From contig NIVC01003261.1 of the NCBI GenBank assembly GCA_002269645.1, positions 1-64,000 on the forward strand: a DNA stretch of 64,000 bases. The letters are read 5' to 3'. The translations under genes and the position numbers were made by a program. Under the pieces are notes generated by a model. That model searched no databases. It had not been told where the DNA came from and saw only the letters and a program-made list of their open reading frames with translations. Shown here in pieces: positions 35,479 to 47,269 of the stretch; positions within the stretch are counted from its first letter, which is position 1, and the number at the start of each line of letters is the position of its first letter. The DNA comes from Macrostomum lignano. Taxonomy: Eukaryota.

Positions 35479-38157
35479 CTACCCAAGCGACGCCCTGTAT
35501 GTAAAGCCAACTGACAGACTCGGCCTTTCGCGTTTCAACTGGCTGCCGGAATCTCTTGACAGTGTCGACGGAGATGCCCCGACATCAGCCGACGGAGCAG
35601 CTGACTGTCCGGAGAACAGGAACACGGTGAGCAGGCAGTCCTGGCACAGCTGCACCACCCGGCGGCAGCAGGCCAGCTCTGGCAGACTCGGCGGCTCTCG
35701 CATTCTGAGCAGGGCCGACTCCCAGCTGGCGGAATTGCCGAACGTCGCCCAGAGTCCCTGGCCGTTCGAGGACAGCAGCCTGGCGAACACTCGGTCAAAT
35801 AATCGGCAAATTCGCGACTCGTCGAGGTCGGCGCCGCTGCGCCAACAGCGCGACAGAGTGGCGCGCACATTCTGGCGCACAATGTCGATCACTTTGCGCC
35901 TCTTGTCGGCGTCCAGCTTCGCCAACCAGTAGCCAGCCACGAGAGCTTTGTTTTGGCGCCAGTTTTGGCGCAGCCCGGCCAGAACTTGCTCCGCTTGCTG
36001 CGCCGACTTTCCGGGAAACCGGATGCACAGCTCGTTCAGCTGGTCGAGCATCCGCCGGCAGAGCTGCTCCGCTTCCTGCTGGTCGCCAGTGCCGATGCCG
36101 CCACTGCGGTCTGCCTGAACGCCGCGACTCCGGCCGGCACCGGAAGCTGCCACCACCGTGTGCCGGCGTCGGGGCGTCGTCGTCGACGTCGAAGTCGTCA
36201 GCGTGGGCGTCGAGGACACGCTGGGCAACCGTCCAGATGCATCATCAGCGCCCTCAGCTTCCAGCTTCGCTTCCGTCTGGCGGTCACCGCTCTCGACCGC
36301 GTCGTTGTAGTCGTCGTCGAAGCTGTCGTCGTCAGCGGAGTCGTCAACTTCGTCGGCGGAGAGTGTCAGCGACGATTGTCGACGCTGCACCGACTGCGGT
36401 GGGTGGTGCCTCTGCCAGGGTCGTCGATGATTCTGATGCTGCCTGCCGTTTTGCAGCTTGCCCGATGCATCAGCCGATGGCGGCTGCTGGTGCTGCTGCA
36501 GCTGCTCTTCGCACCGGGCCAGCTGATCCATGAGCTCCTCCTGCCGTGGTCGCTCGCAGCTGTACTGCTCTTCGAGCTCCTTCAGTGTGCCGGCGCCGCT
36601 GCCGGCCCCTCGCCCCGGCGTCAGCGCGCCGAACACGGCCAACATCAGTTTGACGTAGCGCTCCTGGCTCACCCGATCGTCGCCGGGGAAAATTCGGCGA
36701 AATAATCGACAGGTGCGAATCTCGTGCTCGTCTCGGTCGGCCTCGCGTCGGAGCCGGGCCAGCTGGGCCTGAAGCTCCTCGCGCCTCCTGACGAGCTCGC
36801 GTTCGCGCTGCAGCTGCTGCAGATGCTGGTGCTGGTGCTGGTTCTCCGCGCCGTTGCTTCGGCCGCGCATTAGCCGGCGCTGCGATTGAACTTTCTGCGC
36901 GTTGGCGTGCCGCGCCCGATCCGAGGCGCGAATGTTCAGCAAGCGCAGCGCCTCGTCGAGGACGCCGAGCTTCACTCGGCGATCGATTGGCTGTTCAGCG
37001 CCGAAACTTGGCGACCGGTTGACCTCGACCAGCCAGGGCTTCAGCTTGTGGTCGAGTAGCACGTCGAAGCCGAGGATTTCGAAGCAGACGGAGTCGGAGC
37101 CGGGCGGGGAGGCCGGACGACACATGCGGTAATGCTGCAGCAGGTGAGGCTGGACCGCTATTATCGTTTTAACGAGCAGGTCGATGATGTTCCGCCACAT
37201 CAGCGGCACGTCGTAGTCGCGCTTCTGCAGGTACTCGTTGAGGAATCGAATCGAGCGCTTGCTGCCCGTGCTGTCGTCGTCGCCCTTGGCGTAGTTCTCG
37301 CTGCGCTTGTTAACCGAGTAGTTGGTCAGGTGCATGTAGAGCGTGTCCGATTCGCACTTCTGCGGGTCGGCATACTTCTCCGTGCTCAGTCGAAGCAAAC
37401 CGTCATTGTAAAAGTACACGCGCAACGGGTCACACGAGGTCACGAGGACGTAGATGCGCAGATCGCATTTGAAGCCGTCGATCAGCAGCGGCTTGGCAAT
37501 GTACTCCTGCACAATGGCTGGCCCCGTGGTATCGAAGCCGCCGTTGCCGCCGCCGCTCACCCCGTTGCAGGGCACCTGCTCGCCGTTCTTATAAATCCTG
37601 ATCCCGTGGCCCATCGCCCCGTTAGCCGGCTTGTAGATGAAGGAGCGCAGCTTCCCGACCTTGCGTAGCTCCCTGGAGTGCTGCAGGAAGCTGCTGTATT
37701 CCCCTGGCAGGCACCAAGTCCTCGGCGTGAATTTGTACTCTTTAGGCAGCACCCGCGCCAGCTTGGCCATGTTGCGGCTCAACAGGTCCTTGCGGCTGAT
37801 CTCGGACATGCCAGGGAAGTGGTTGATCCGCTGGTGCGCCCGCAGCTCGGAGATTCGGTCCGGCGGCACGCCCAGGTCGCTCCAAATCAGGTAGGGCGTG
37901 ACGAAGTCCTCATCCGGACAGACGCTGAAGCCGAGGCGCTCAACGGCCAAGTAGATGATGTCGAACTTCGTGGCGCTGAGATTCGCTCCGACGCCGCGAC
38001 GTCGGTGCCGACGATGCTGGCGACGATCATCGCCGGCGGACTCGACCGACGCGCCGGTCAGCAGGCCGCGATGCGGCGACACCTGCGGTAGCCGGGCGCT
38101 GACGGCGGCCTCTTCGGCACCGTCGGAGGCCTGTCGCCGACGCTGGCCGCTACTCAT
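35479..38157 (-). CDS. TTLL7: Tubulin polyglutamylase TTLL7-like, 892 aa, intronless ORF
   Basis: QRINHFPGMSEISRKD, KPANGAMGHGI, VQEYI, DLRIYVLVTSCDPL, HLTNYSVNK, YRMCRP..PGSDSVCFEILGFD and EVNRSPSF match the TTLL7 catalytic domain. Confidence 0.93.
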   Translation of the reverse strand: MSSGQRRRQASDGAEEAAVSARLPQVSPHRGLLTGASVESAGDDRRQHRRHRRRGVGANLSATKFDIIYLAVERLGFSVCPDEDFVTPYLIWSDLGVPPDRISELRAHQRINHFPGMSEISRKDLLSRNMAKLARVLPKEYKFTPRTWCLPGEYSSFLQHSRELRKVGKLRSFIYKPANGAMGHGIRIYKNGEQVPCNGVSGGGNGGFDTTGPAIVQEYIAKPLLIDGFKCDLRIYVLVTSCDPLRVYFYNDGLLRLSTEKYADPQKCESDTLYMHLTNYSVNKRSENYAKGDDDSTGSKRSIRFLNEYLQKRDYDVPLMWRNIIDLLVKTIIAVQPHLLQHYRMCRPASPPGSDSVCFEILGFDVLLDHKLKPWLVEVNRSPSFGAEQPIDRRVKLGVLDEALRLLNIRASDRARHANAQKVQSQRRLMRGRSNGAENQHQHQHLQQLQRERELVRRREELQAQLARLRREADRDEHEIRTCRLFRRIFPGDDRVSQERYVKLMLAVFGALTPGRGAGSGAGTLKELEEQYSCERPRQEELMDQLARCEEQLQQHQQPPSADASGKLQNGRQHQNHRRPWQRHHPPQSVQRRQSSLTLSADEVDDSADDDSFDDDYNDAVESGDRQTEAKLEAEGADDASGRLPSVSSTPTLTTSTSTTTPRRRHTVVAASGAGRSRGVQADRSGGIGTGDQQEAEQLCRRMLDQLNELCIRFPGKSAQQAEQVLAGLRQNWRQNKALVAGYWLAKLDADKRRKVIDIVRQNVRATLSRCWRSGADLDESRICRLFDRVFARLLSSNGQGLWATFGNSASWESALLRMREPPSLPELACCRRVVQLCQDCLLTVFLFSGQSAAPSADVGASPSTLSRDSGSQLKRERPSLSVGFTYRASLG

Positions 38158-38584
38158 GCTGCTCGGGCACGCAGTGCTGGACTCCGGGCACGCTGGCTGA
38201 TTTTATTGCTCTCTGATGAGTCGTCTTGCCGCTTCATAAGCGAGTGAGGGGCGACGATTGAAGGCTCCCTCGGGGGTGTTTCTCAGCCGCTTAATGTTCG
38301 CTAACTCGCTCTCTCAGGCTGTGTTTATAGCGCCGTCCCTTTTCTCCGCTTTATTTTTTTACTTTTTTACTTAGCAGCGTTCAGTTTGCGAAGGCTTGCC
38401 GGAGCGAGTAAAACCTGCTATAGGCGATGGAGAGCGGAGGCTGGGGCGGACTGGCGGCTGGGCGGACAGAGGGGTGGCCCGTTCAGACAGCCTTGGCTTT
38501 AGGACTGGGTGGAGCGGCTCAGAATTCCAGGCTTCTCCGCTATGGAACCCCCGCTCCCCCTTCTGCTCTACCGCGCTGCGTCTC

Positions 38585-38587
<3 letters not shown>

Positions 38588-38673
<86 letters not shown>
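38588..38673. repeat. (CT)n microsatellite
   Basis: Direct reading. Confidence 0.95.
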
Positions 38674-38676
<3 letters not shown>

Positions 38677-39011
38677 GGGTCCCACATCTCCATGCCTGCA
38701 ATGCAGGGGGCAGGCAGCAGACTAGCACTTTGGCCTCACTTTCTGTCTGCCTGTCTGCCTGTTTTCCTTCTCTCTGTTATCATTGTACTAATTTTCTATC
38801 TGCCATTAATTGTCTGTCTACAAGCGTTTTTTATATTTTTTATAAACTATATTGACTGGTTATGCCATGCAATTATTGAGCGTTTAATTAAGATGCACTT
38901 CAGATCTTATTTCAAGTTTTCTTACGTAGAATTAGCAAGAGTGGTCTCGGCCACCTTCTAGCCTTGAAAGTATTGGACAAGGCTAGTGCAGTTGAACTTA
39001 TAGTGCTCTGC

Positions 39012-39644
<633 letters not shown>

Positions 39645-41028
39645 TTACCCGCAGCAGGCAGTCCACAGCAGCCCCAGCCTGGGAAATGTAAACAACCCAC
39701 CTTGGCCAGAATTTGGCGTTTAGCTAAAAAAGCTCAGAATTGAAATGAGAGCTTAACAGCAAGCGTGGAGAGGCCTGAGTGGAGCGCACAATGGCTGCTG
39801 CTGCTGCAGCTTCAGTCTCTAGAGCAGCTCAGATGAGGCAGAATTCAGCTTCTCGGGTTACTGGGCACACACGGGATTTGAGTCGGAGCTTTGAAGAGTT
39901 GGAGGCGCGGGAATGAAGTTGGTGGTGGAAGAAGCGGGGGTGGATTGGGGGGGGGGCGCTGCCGACAGCCGCGGGAGAGGAAACAAGACCGGCTGCAGAT
40001 CCGGGCTGATGTCTGCGCGGTAAAGTCGCATGCACTGCTGGGGATTCCGGGATGACGGCTTCGATAAGCCAGAGGACCACACGCAGAGAAATGCAGGAAA
40101 AAGCTTTAGCAAAGACAAGTAAAATAAAGTATCAAGTTTCAGAGGATAAAGTAGCTGCTCTGTGCGCTACTTTAAGTAGACTGATAAAGGTTTATATAAT
40201 TTATGATGCGGTGCGTTTACTGCCGTTTATAGATTGCGACCTTCCCCAGTTATGCTGGCCTGCCTGCATACTGGGGGGGGGGTTCAGGGAAAAAGCTAGA
40301 AAGGAAGAAACTTGTGAAAAACGAAAATCGAATCGTTGCCGAATTCTGCCGCCTTGCCCCCCCCCCCTTAAATCAGGAAACCACGCGGTCAAGCTGTATT
40401 TCGCCGAAACTAAAAGTGCAAAATGCGCGGCAGGCAGAGTGGCCAGTCGTAGGGATGCCTTCGGGTGAATCGCCAGCTTCCCTACTAGATGTTTATCCGG
40501 AATCTCCGCTTTCGGCTTCGATAAGAAAGTACATTTTGACCTTACAACAGCAGTTTGTGCAGTGCGTGTGCTGCAGTCTTGCTGGTCTGACTCAACCACC
40601 TCAGCCAGACTGCCTTAATAACACAGTATATTCTGTTGCTTTATGCGAGAGGTCCAGCTGAAGCAGCCTTTTATATATTCTATTTTATTGTCTAGCGCCG
40701 GTGCCTGCGGGTTTAGCTTCAAGCTCACTGAAATAGCAATTGAAATGCAGTCATAGCTTGAATGGAAAATTTACGAGCTTCAAAAAAGTATTATTTAATT
40801 TTATTACACATTCAAAGTACCTGAAACCAGACTCTAGTTTAGTATTGGTTTTGTCAGCCTAACTGAGAATAAAGCCATCCAAAGTGAGAATCCTGCCTAC
40901 GCTGACTGCGAAGGGCCTGGCTGCGTGCAGCCTTAGTCTATGGGCCATAGACAATAAAGGACAAGCAAAGTGATAAAAAGCCATCCAATGTGAGAATCGA
41001 TTGGTCTATGCGTCGTATTCTTTTATTT

Positions 41029-42153
41029 TTATACCTTCTGAGCCATATGACTAGCCAATAGCTTTAACGGAATAACGGAAACAGGAAGTAAAGAGTTAAA
41101 TAGCTGTCCCTCAATGCACTGCCCAAAGAGTCGTCTGCAATGCAGGTCCCACGCGGCAGCCTTCCCAGCAGTGACTGTGTCGTCAATCGCTTCGCGCGCC
41201 TCCCTCTCTAACAGCATGAATCGCCACTCCTCTTGGTTGACGCCATCTGGAGCAACGGCCTCCTCGTTGACTAGTCCAGCGTCTGCCAAGCAGCTTTTGA
41301 TCTGTGCCTTCAGCGCACTGTTGGCCAGTTCCGATGGGTTGAGGAAGGGTGAGTATCGCGGCAGGATGCGAATCGAGATCTTCTCTTGTAGTTGCTCCGG
41401 CACCCTGGCTCCCCTGTGGAAGTGCGGGCCGTCCATCACAACCAGCCAGCTTCCATCGGCATCGAGCTCATTGCATCGCTCTGCCAAGAAGTTGATGAAC
41501 TCCTGGAAGCGAACCAGCGTCTGACCACCCCGCTGCACGGTCGAGTGCACCAGGCCAAACTCTGCGCAGATAGCCATGCAGACGGTCACGTTTGGGCCTC
41601 TTTGTGTCGTCACAGTCCGCTTAACAGGGCGACCCCTGATAGCACGGCCTTGCGATCGCCGTAGCCACAAGTTGAATCCAGTTTCGTCCAAATAGACGAT
41701 GTGTACGGAGGCGTCAAGGTGCAGCATGAAGTTGGCATGTTCTCTCCGGGCCTCGATGTTTTCAGGCAGATTGCAGCTCGCTCTGGTGTCACTGCCCTTC
41801 GTTCCGAGCTTCAGGGTGTATAGCATCCCTTGGAGCATCCGATCGACCGTCTTGTACCCTACTTGAGGCTTCTCCGGAAACTGTGCAGCCATGCAGCTGG
41901 CCATCTCTTTTAACGTTAGGAAGGGGTTCTCTTGCAGCTTCTGGTTCAGAAATTGCCGCATTTCATCATCAACTTTAAGAAGTCGTTGACCACCGCGAGG
42001 AAGCGCCTCAGTTCTTCCTTCTAGGCGATGCTGACGGGCAATTCTATAGGCAGTTGAGACAGGCAGTTGCAGGACAGCTGCTGCTTCCCTTAGTGAGCTT
42101 CCATTTTCAATGGCCGCAATGAGTCGCTGGCGGTCCACAGATGAGGCGGGCAT
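41029..42153 (-). CDS. DD33E transposase (IS630/Tc1-mariner), 374 aa
   Basis: N-terminal HTH (SLREAAAVLQLPVSTAYRI), YLDETGFN, VVMDGPHFH and LPRYSPFLNPSE. There are 33 residues between the second D and the E (hand count). Confidence 0.92.
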   Translation of the reverse strand: MPASSVDRQRLIAAIENGSSLREAAAVLQLPVSTAYRIARQHRLEGRTEALPRGGQRLLKVDDEMRQFLNQKLQENPFLTLKEMASCMAAQFPEKPQVGYKTVDRMLQGMLYTLKLGTKGSDTRASCNLPENIEARREHANFMLHLDASVHIVYLDETGFNLWLRRSQGRAIRGRPVKRTVTTQRGPNVTVCMAICAEFGLVHSTVQRGGQTLVRFQEFINFLAERCNELDADGSWLVVMDGPHFHRGARVPEQLQEKISIRILPRYSPFLNPSELANSALKAQIKSCLADAGLVNEEAVAPDGVNQEEWRFMLLEREAREAIDDTVTAGKAAAWDLHCRRLFGQCIEGQLFNSLLPVSVIPLKLLASHMAQKV

Positions 42154-42302
42154 TTTTATTGCAGTGGTGAAGACTGAACTCTGTTAATTCTAAGTGTTGG
42201 ATAAATAGGCAAGAAAGCAACGAGACTGTGGGTGTTGGAGAAGCAGTGATGGAGGAGTTGCGCTTGGAGGAGTGGAGAGAGCTGGGGGAAAGAGAAAAAG
42301 CG

Positions 42303-43260
42303 ATCGATTCTCACATTGGATGGCTTTTTATCACTTTGCTTGTCCTTTATAGTCTATGGCTCATAGACTAGGCTGGACGCAGCTAGACCCTTCGTATTCA
42401 GCGTAGGCAGGATTCTCACATTGGATGGCTTTTTATCACTTTGCTTGTCCTTTATAGTCTATGGCTCATAGACTAGGCTGGACGCAGCTAGACCCTTCGT
42501 ATTCAGCGTAGGCAGGATTCTCACATTGGATGGCTTTTTATCACTTTGCTTGTCCTTTATAGTCTATGGCCCATAGACTAGGCTGGACGCAGCTAGACCC
42601 TTCGTATTCAGCGTAGGCAGGATTCTCACATTGGATGCCTTTTTAAAACTTTGCTTGTCCTTTATAGTCTATGGCCCATAGACTAGGCTGGACGCAGCTA
42701 GACCCTTCGTATTCAGCGTAGGCAGGATTCTCACATTGGATGCCTTTTTATCACTTTGCTTGTCCTTTATAGTCTATGGCTCATAGACTAGGCTGGACGC
42801 AGCTAGACCCTTCGTATTCAGCGTAGGCAGGATTCTCACATTGGATGCCTTTTTAAAACTTTGCTTGTCCTTTATAGTCTATGGCTCATAGACTAGGCTG
42901 GACGCAGCTAGACCCTTCGTATTCAGCGTAGGCAGGATTCTCACATTGGATGCCTTTTTAAAACTTTGCTTGTCCTTTATAGTCTATGGCTCATAGACTA
43001 GGCTGGACGCAGCTAGACCCTTCGTATTCAGCGTAGGCAGGATTCTCACATTGGATGGCTTTTTAAAACTTTGCTTGTCCTTTATAGTCTATGGCTCATA
43101 GACTAGGCTGGACGCAGCTAGACCCTTCGTATTCAGCGTAGGCAGGATTCTCACATTGGATGGCTTTTTATCACTTTGCTTGTCCTTTATTGTCTATGGC
43201 CCATAGACTAAGGCTGCACGCAGCCAGGCTCTTCGCAGTCAGCGTAGGCAGGATTCTCAC
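42303..43260. repeat. 105-bp tandem array (9 units) within the right TIR of the transposon
   Basis: Unit starts at 42311, 42416, 42521 ... 43151, then a partial unit at 43257. Each unit has the palindrome AGTCTATGG-C(T/C)-CATAGACT. Confidence 0.95.
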
Positions 43261-43475
43261 TTTGGATGGCTTTATTCTCAGTTAGGCTGACAAAACCAAA
43301 TATAGCTTTTTCCAAACCTTGCCTTTCATTGTCTATGGCCCAAAATAGGGTCTGCAGAGCAGCCGATTTAAGAATTTTGGTGACCCATATATGGAAACAG
43401 ATGGCATACTAAAAAACCAATTAACATTGACAACTTTATTTGAGTGAAACAAATCAAAACCAATGTATACATATT

Positions 43476-43560
43476 TGGTTTACCCCCGATTCGCCGAATC
43501 CCGATCCCGAACCAAGCTGGGAATCGGCAAATCGGGATTCGGCGAATCGGGCGTAAACCA
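43476..43560. mobile_element. 85-bp hairpin MITE-like element
   Basis: 30-bp inverted arms at 43476-43505 and 43531-43560 with one mismatch and a 25-nt loop; AT-rich flanks. Confidence 0.55.
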
Positions 43561-43694
43561 CATATATAATGTTTTAGAAAAAGTACTTTGAAAAAACAGT
43601 TACTCTCGGACGCAAAATAGCTCCTAACTGGGAAATCCCTCGTTAAGGACTGACGTACATGCATATGTTTTCGAATATCTAAGCCCATAGAGTT

Positions 43695-43696
<2 letters not shown>

Positions 43697-43765
<69 letters not shown>
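43697..43765. repeat. (GA)n microsatellite
   Basis: Direct reading. Confidence 0.95.
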
Positions 43766-43767
<2 letters not shown>

Positions 43768-45231
43768 AAAGAACGGTTTGAAGAAGCCGGGTCGTAGTCA
43801 TTTTACAACTCGTCAGTCAACTGAGAAGTCCTTTCTCCTTTCCTGAACTCACTATCTACTCATATATAGCCACGAGAATAGCACTGTTTCGTAGGACTTC
43901 CCGCGAGCTATATATTTTCATACTAAAGAACGGAGAACTTCCTTTAAGCTGCAATGCCAGCCTTTAACTATTTTCCAAGAAACGAAAGGATTTCTCAGAA
44001 AATATATTACGCATTTATTAATACTACCTTCGCAAGACACAGATTGCGTGCACAAAGCAATCGTAGGAGATCCAGACTTTGAACAGCTTACAGACTGGCT
44101 AAGTTCGTATATAAATGTCAAACAAATCGCTGATTAGATAGTGACCGTCACACACCGACATTTGTCTCTTACGATCATAGACACACAAGCTCAACTCGTT
44201 AAATAGTCTTTTTTATAACATAGGAGAGCGAAACCCGTTCTGTCGAGGACATGGGTGGGGGGGGGGCAGCTTCACGACTTGTTGTCGTGTCCAGCTGTAG
44301 CTGCGAGTCCCAACTCGACTTTTTATTCCAAAGTCTGAAAAGAAATGCAAAGCTGCGGCAGGTAAAAAGTTTCATAAACAATAAGACAGAGAGACAGTAA
44401 GACAGGTGAGAGAAGAGACCGACCTCTTGAGCTGGTTTTTAGAAGCCAAACTTGAATGGAAGTGGATTCATGAAATTTTCTACGCCGATTTAAACAGAGA
44501 CGAAATTGACAGAGAAAAGAGATTAAACTCTTCTCGCAATTTGCCAGTTCGTTGTGGCCATGTACACCAGTCCGGCGCAATGTACATTCAGGCTCCGGTC
44601 GAAAACTCTCTTACCTGGGGTTGGCTTGGGTTGGCCCGGCTAAAATCTGGCCGAAAGCCGGGGGTGGCTGGGCGATTCTTCGAAAAAGAATGGAAATGAA
44701 GGAACGAAAAGGCATAGACGGGCAGGCAGACAGGCAGAAACGGAAAGGCACAACAAACAGCCCTGATTGCCACTAATATGCTTGTACAGCTCAACGCTAA
44801 CAACAAATTCTCGTCATCGGTTTCCATTTTTCTTCGAAAACTTTTTACTTGAGCTCTCAGGAGAAGCGCATCGGCTCTTCGATTTTTACAACAGAGGCGT
44901 TCTCTAAGGTAAGTAAGTCTGCTGAGCTGAGAGCATCCCTATGGAATCGCAAACTCTATGGCTGGCAGCTTAGGCGTCTCACTAATGTGTTTTTTTCAAA
45001 TAATAGATTATTCATAATCATAAATCCATAAAGTGTATAAATGCGACTTTTATCACACTGTAGGCGAGCGATCGACACCGGAAACTGGGCGCCGATTGTA
45101 GGGCCGCAGCGCAGCGCAGTGCCAGCAAGAAGCAGCAAAAGTCTTCCAGCTGAGCTAAACACAGCGGCCGTTGGGCCGTCCCGGCCCGAGGCCAGAGAGG
45201 CGCAGAATCCGCAGCTCTTAAGGCAGCAATC

Positions 45232-46395
45232 ATGTCTGCCCCGTTGGAAAGTGGGAACAATAACGGGCCTGCTAGGAAAAAGCAGCAGCCGCCACCGACG
45301 CTGCCGAAGCAGCAACAACAACAACAGCAGCAGCAGCAGCAGCAGCAAACGCGGCCGCACAGCCCCAGAGACCGCAGGCGTCGATGTACGCCGCCTCCAC
45401 TGACGATGGTTTTCGTCGATCCGCCCTCGCTGGAAGCCACCACTCCAGACGGGTCAGCGGCGCCGGTGGTTGACAGCCTGTCGCTGGCTCTGGCGGAACT
45501 GCGCGGCAGCCGGCCGGGTCCGGCCAACTTTTTTGAAGCTCACGAACGAGTGGAACGAGGAGCAGCAGCCGCAGCTGCTGACGGTGGCATCGGTGGCGCA
45601 GCAGGTGGCGTAGGCAGCGCCTTGGATAGCGAATCCAGCAACGGGGTGATCAACCCCGACGACATGTTGAACATCCGACAGCTGGCAAAGCGTTCGTCGT
45701 CGTTGAAATCCAAAAAGACGCCGCCCGGCACGCCGTCGCTGGTGAAGAAAGCCGTCCGCTTTGCCGACGCTTTCGGCCTGGAGCTCATCAACGTCAAGCA
45801 CGTGCTGGACCCGGACAATCCGCCGGAAATTCCGCCGGAAGCAATCAGCGACTTGGAACTGGGCGACGGCACCGGAAGCGAGGATGCGGACACGGACTCG
45901 AATTTTCTCCCCGCCGTCGCCGCCGCGATCGGCGGAGACTCGCAGCAGCAGCAGCGCCTGCAGACAACCCTCCGGCCGATTTTTTCACAGCCGGGCCACT
46001 CGGCGGGTTTCAACGCCCGCGTCATGGCCCAGAAGGTGGTGCTGGAGAGCGCCGCATACGCGCCCCTAACTGGAGAAATTTGCGGCTACATCTGCGTGGC
46101 GAATCTCGCTTTCGAGAAGTCGGTAACTGTGCGGGTCAGCTTCGACTCGTGGCGCAGCAGCTCGGAGGTCGGTGCAGAGTACGTGCCGCACTCTAGCAGC
46201 GGCATGACCGACCGGTTCAGCTTCAGCCTGGCCCTGCCCGGCGGCCCGGCGGCTGTCACGTCGGCCCCGCCAGGCCGCTACCGGGTCGCCTTCTGCGTGG
46301 CCTACCGCACCTGCGGCCAGACCTTTTGGGACAACAACTTTGGCGAGAATTACGCGTTCGATTCTGTAGTTGACGCCTGGACTAATCGGATCTAA
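45232..46395 (+). CDS. PPP1R3: Protein phosphatase 1 glycogen-targeting regulatory subunit (PPP1R3 family), single exon
   Basis: PP1-docking KKAVRFADAFGLEL; CBM21 motifs GYICVANLAFEKSVTVR..FDSW, DRFSF, FCVAY and WDNNFGENY. Confidence 0.92.
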   Translation: MSAPLESGNNNGPARKKQQPPPTLPKQQQQQQQQQQQQQTRPHSPRDRRRRCTPPPLTMVFVDPPSLEATTPDGSAAPVVDSLSLALAELRGSRPGPANFFEAHERVERGAAAAAADGGIGGAAGGVGSALDSESSNGVINPDDMLNIRQLAKRSSSLKSKKTPPGTPSLVKKAVRFADAFGLELINVKHVLDPDNPPEIPPEAISDLELGDGTGSEDADTDSNFLPAVAAAIGGDSQQQQRLQTTLRPIFSQPGHSAGFNARVMAQKVVLESAAYAPLTGEICGYICVANLAFEKSVTVRVSFDSWRSSSEVGAEYVPHSSSGMTDRFSFSLALPGGPAAVTSAPPGRYRVAFCVAYRTCGQTFWDNNFGENYAFDSVVDAWTNRI

Positions 46396-47046
46396 AGCCG
46401 ACATCCGACACTTTTCTTCATACTAGATGGCTTCAACTGTCCCTCAATCATGTCTCTTTCTCACTTCCATTTACACTTCTTGCTTGTCGGGCTTTGCTTA
46501 AAACCAATTCATGCGCTGTTTATGCGTCCGTTGTAAATCGCTCTGTCCACCTGAAGTATTCGCTGCTCCCCCGCTCCTTGCCCCTCCCCAACCCTCTGTT
46601 TCTCGCGGCATCTGTCTTTCTTTAGTTGAAATTATTTGTACTTTTAGCTTGGCGTTTCATATACCCGCTGTGTTGTCATTTTATTGTAAGTTTATTCGGC
46701 TTATTGATTTCTTACAGAACTTGCGAATCCGGTCCCTTCGGTCGATCACCAGCCGCCAATTTGTCTTCATCATTCATTTTTTTTGTTTCAGCTTTACTGA
46801 CTCTGTCGCCATGGTAACACTAAAAAACTTTTGGAGAAAAATTATTTAAAAGGCGAGGCTGGGAGATTACAGGCAGTGTTTTGTGTACATTGAGTGTACA
46901 ATTTACATCGAGCAAAAAGCGTGACAGACAGAGAGCGTCTTTTTCCATATTTTTCGAATACTGCGTCCAATTAATTGTAAGTTTTTTTCAGTTTTTGAAA
47001 TCGCTGCGTTTTTACTGGTTTAAGTAAAATATCAGTGCGCTGGAGC

Positions 47047-47108
47047 CAAGGACTACTTAACAGCTTAACAGTAAGCGTGTAACGTCCTGAGTTGTTAAGT
47101 AGTCCTTG
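47047..47108. mobile_element. 62-bp minimal hAT-type element
   Basis: Perfect 16-bp TIR CAAGGACTACTTAACA, flanked by the 8-bp direct repeat GCTGGAGC (47039-46 and 47109-16). Confidence 0.75.
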
Positions 47109-47269
47109 GCTGGAGCATGCGCGACTTGAAGGAAAACTTCAACAAATCTATAAAAAATTTCTAGTTGAATTTTTTTAACAATTAGGAACATATCAATATT
47201 CACACCTTAAAGGTTTCCAATCTGCGTGTTTTAAGCGGAAAAGCAAAAGTACCTAGTGTACTTTTGTTA

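Larger units (their letters stand above)
40845..43300 (-). mobile_element. Full-length IS630/Tc1-mariner DNA transposon with asymmetric TIRs
   Basis: Left TIR 40845-41001 is the reverse complement of the outer right end (to ~43299). TA lies at 40843-44 and 43301-02. The element encloses an intact transposase ORF. Confidence 0.9.

Noticed and set aside
35387-38091. Plus-strand ORFs overlapping TTLL7 (and antisense ORFs over AGO, PPP1R3, LONP2 and the transposase)
   Set aside because: Shadow ORFs of GC-rich coding sequence with no recognisable motifs.
42303-43260. CRISPR-like array (also considered for the 44-, 41- and 33-bp arrays)
   Set aside because: Units are contiguous with no unique spacers, there are no cas genes, and the context is eukaryotic.
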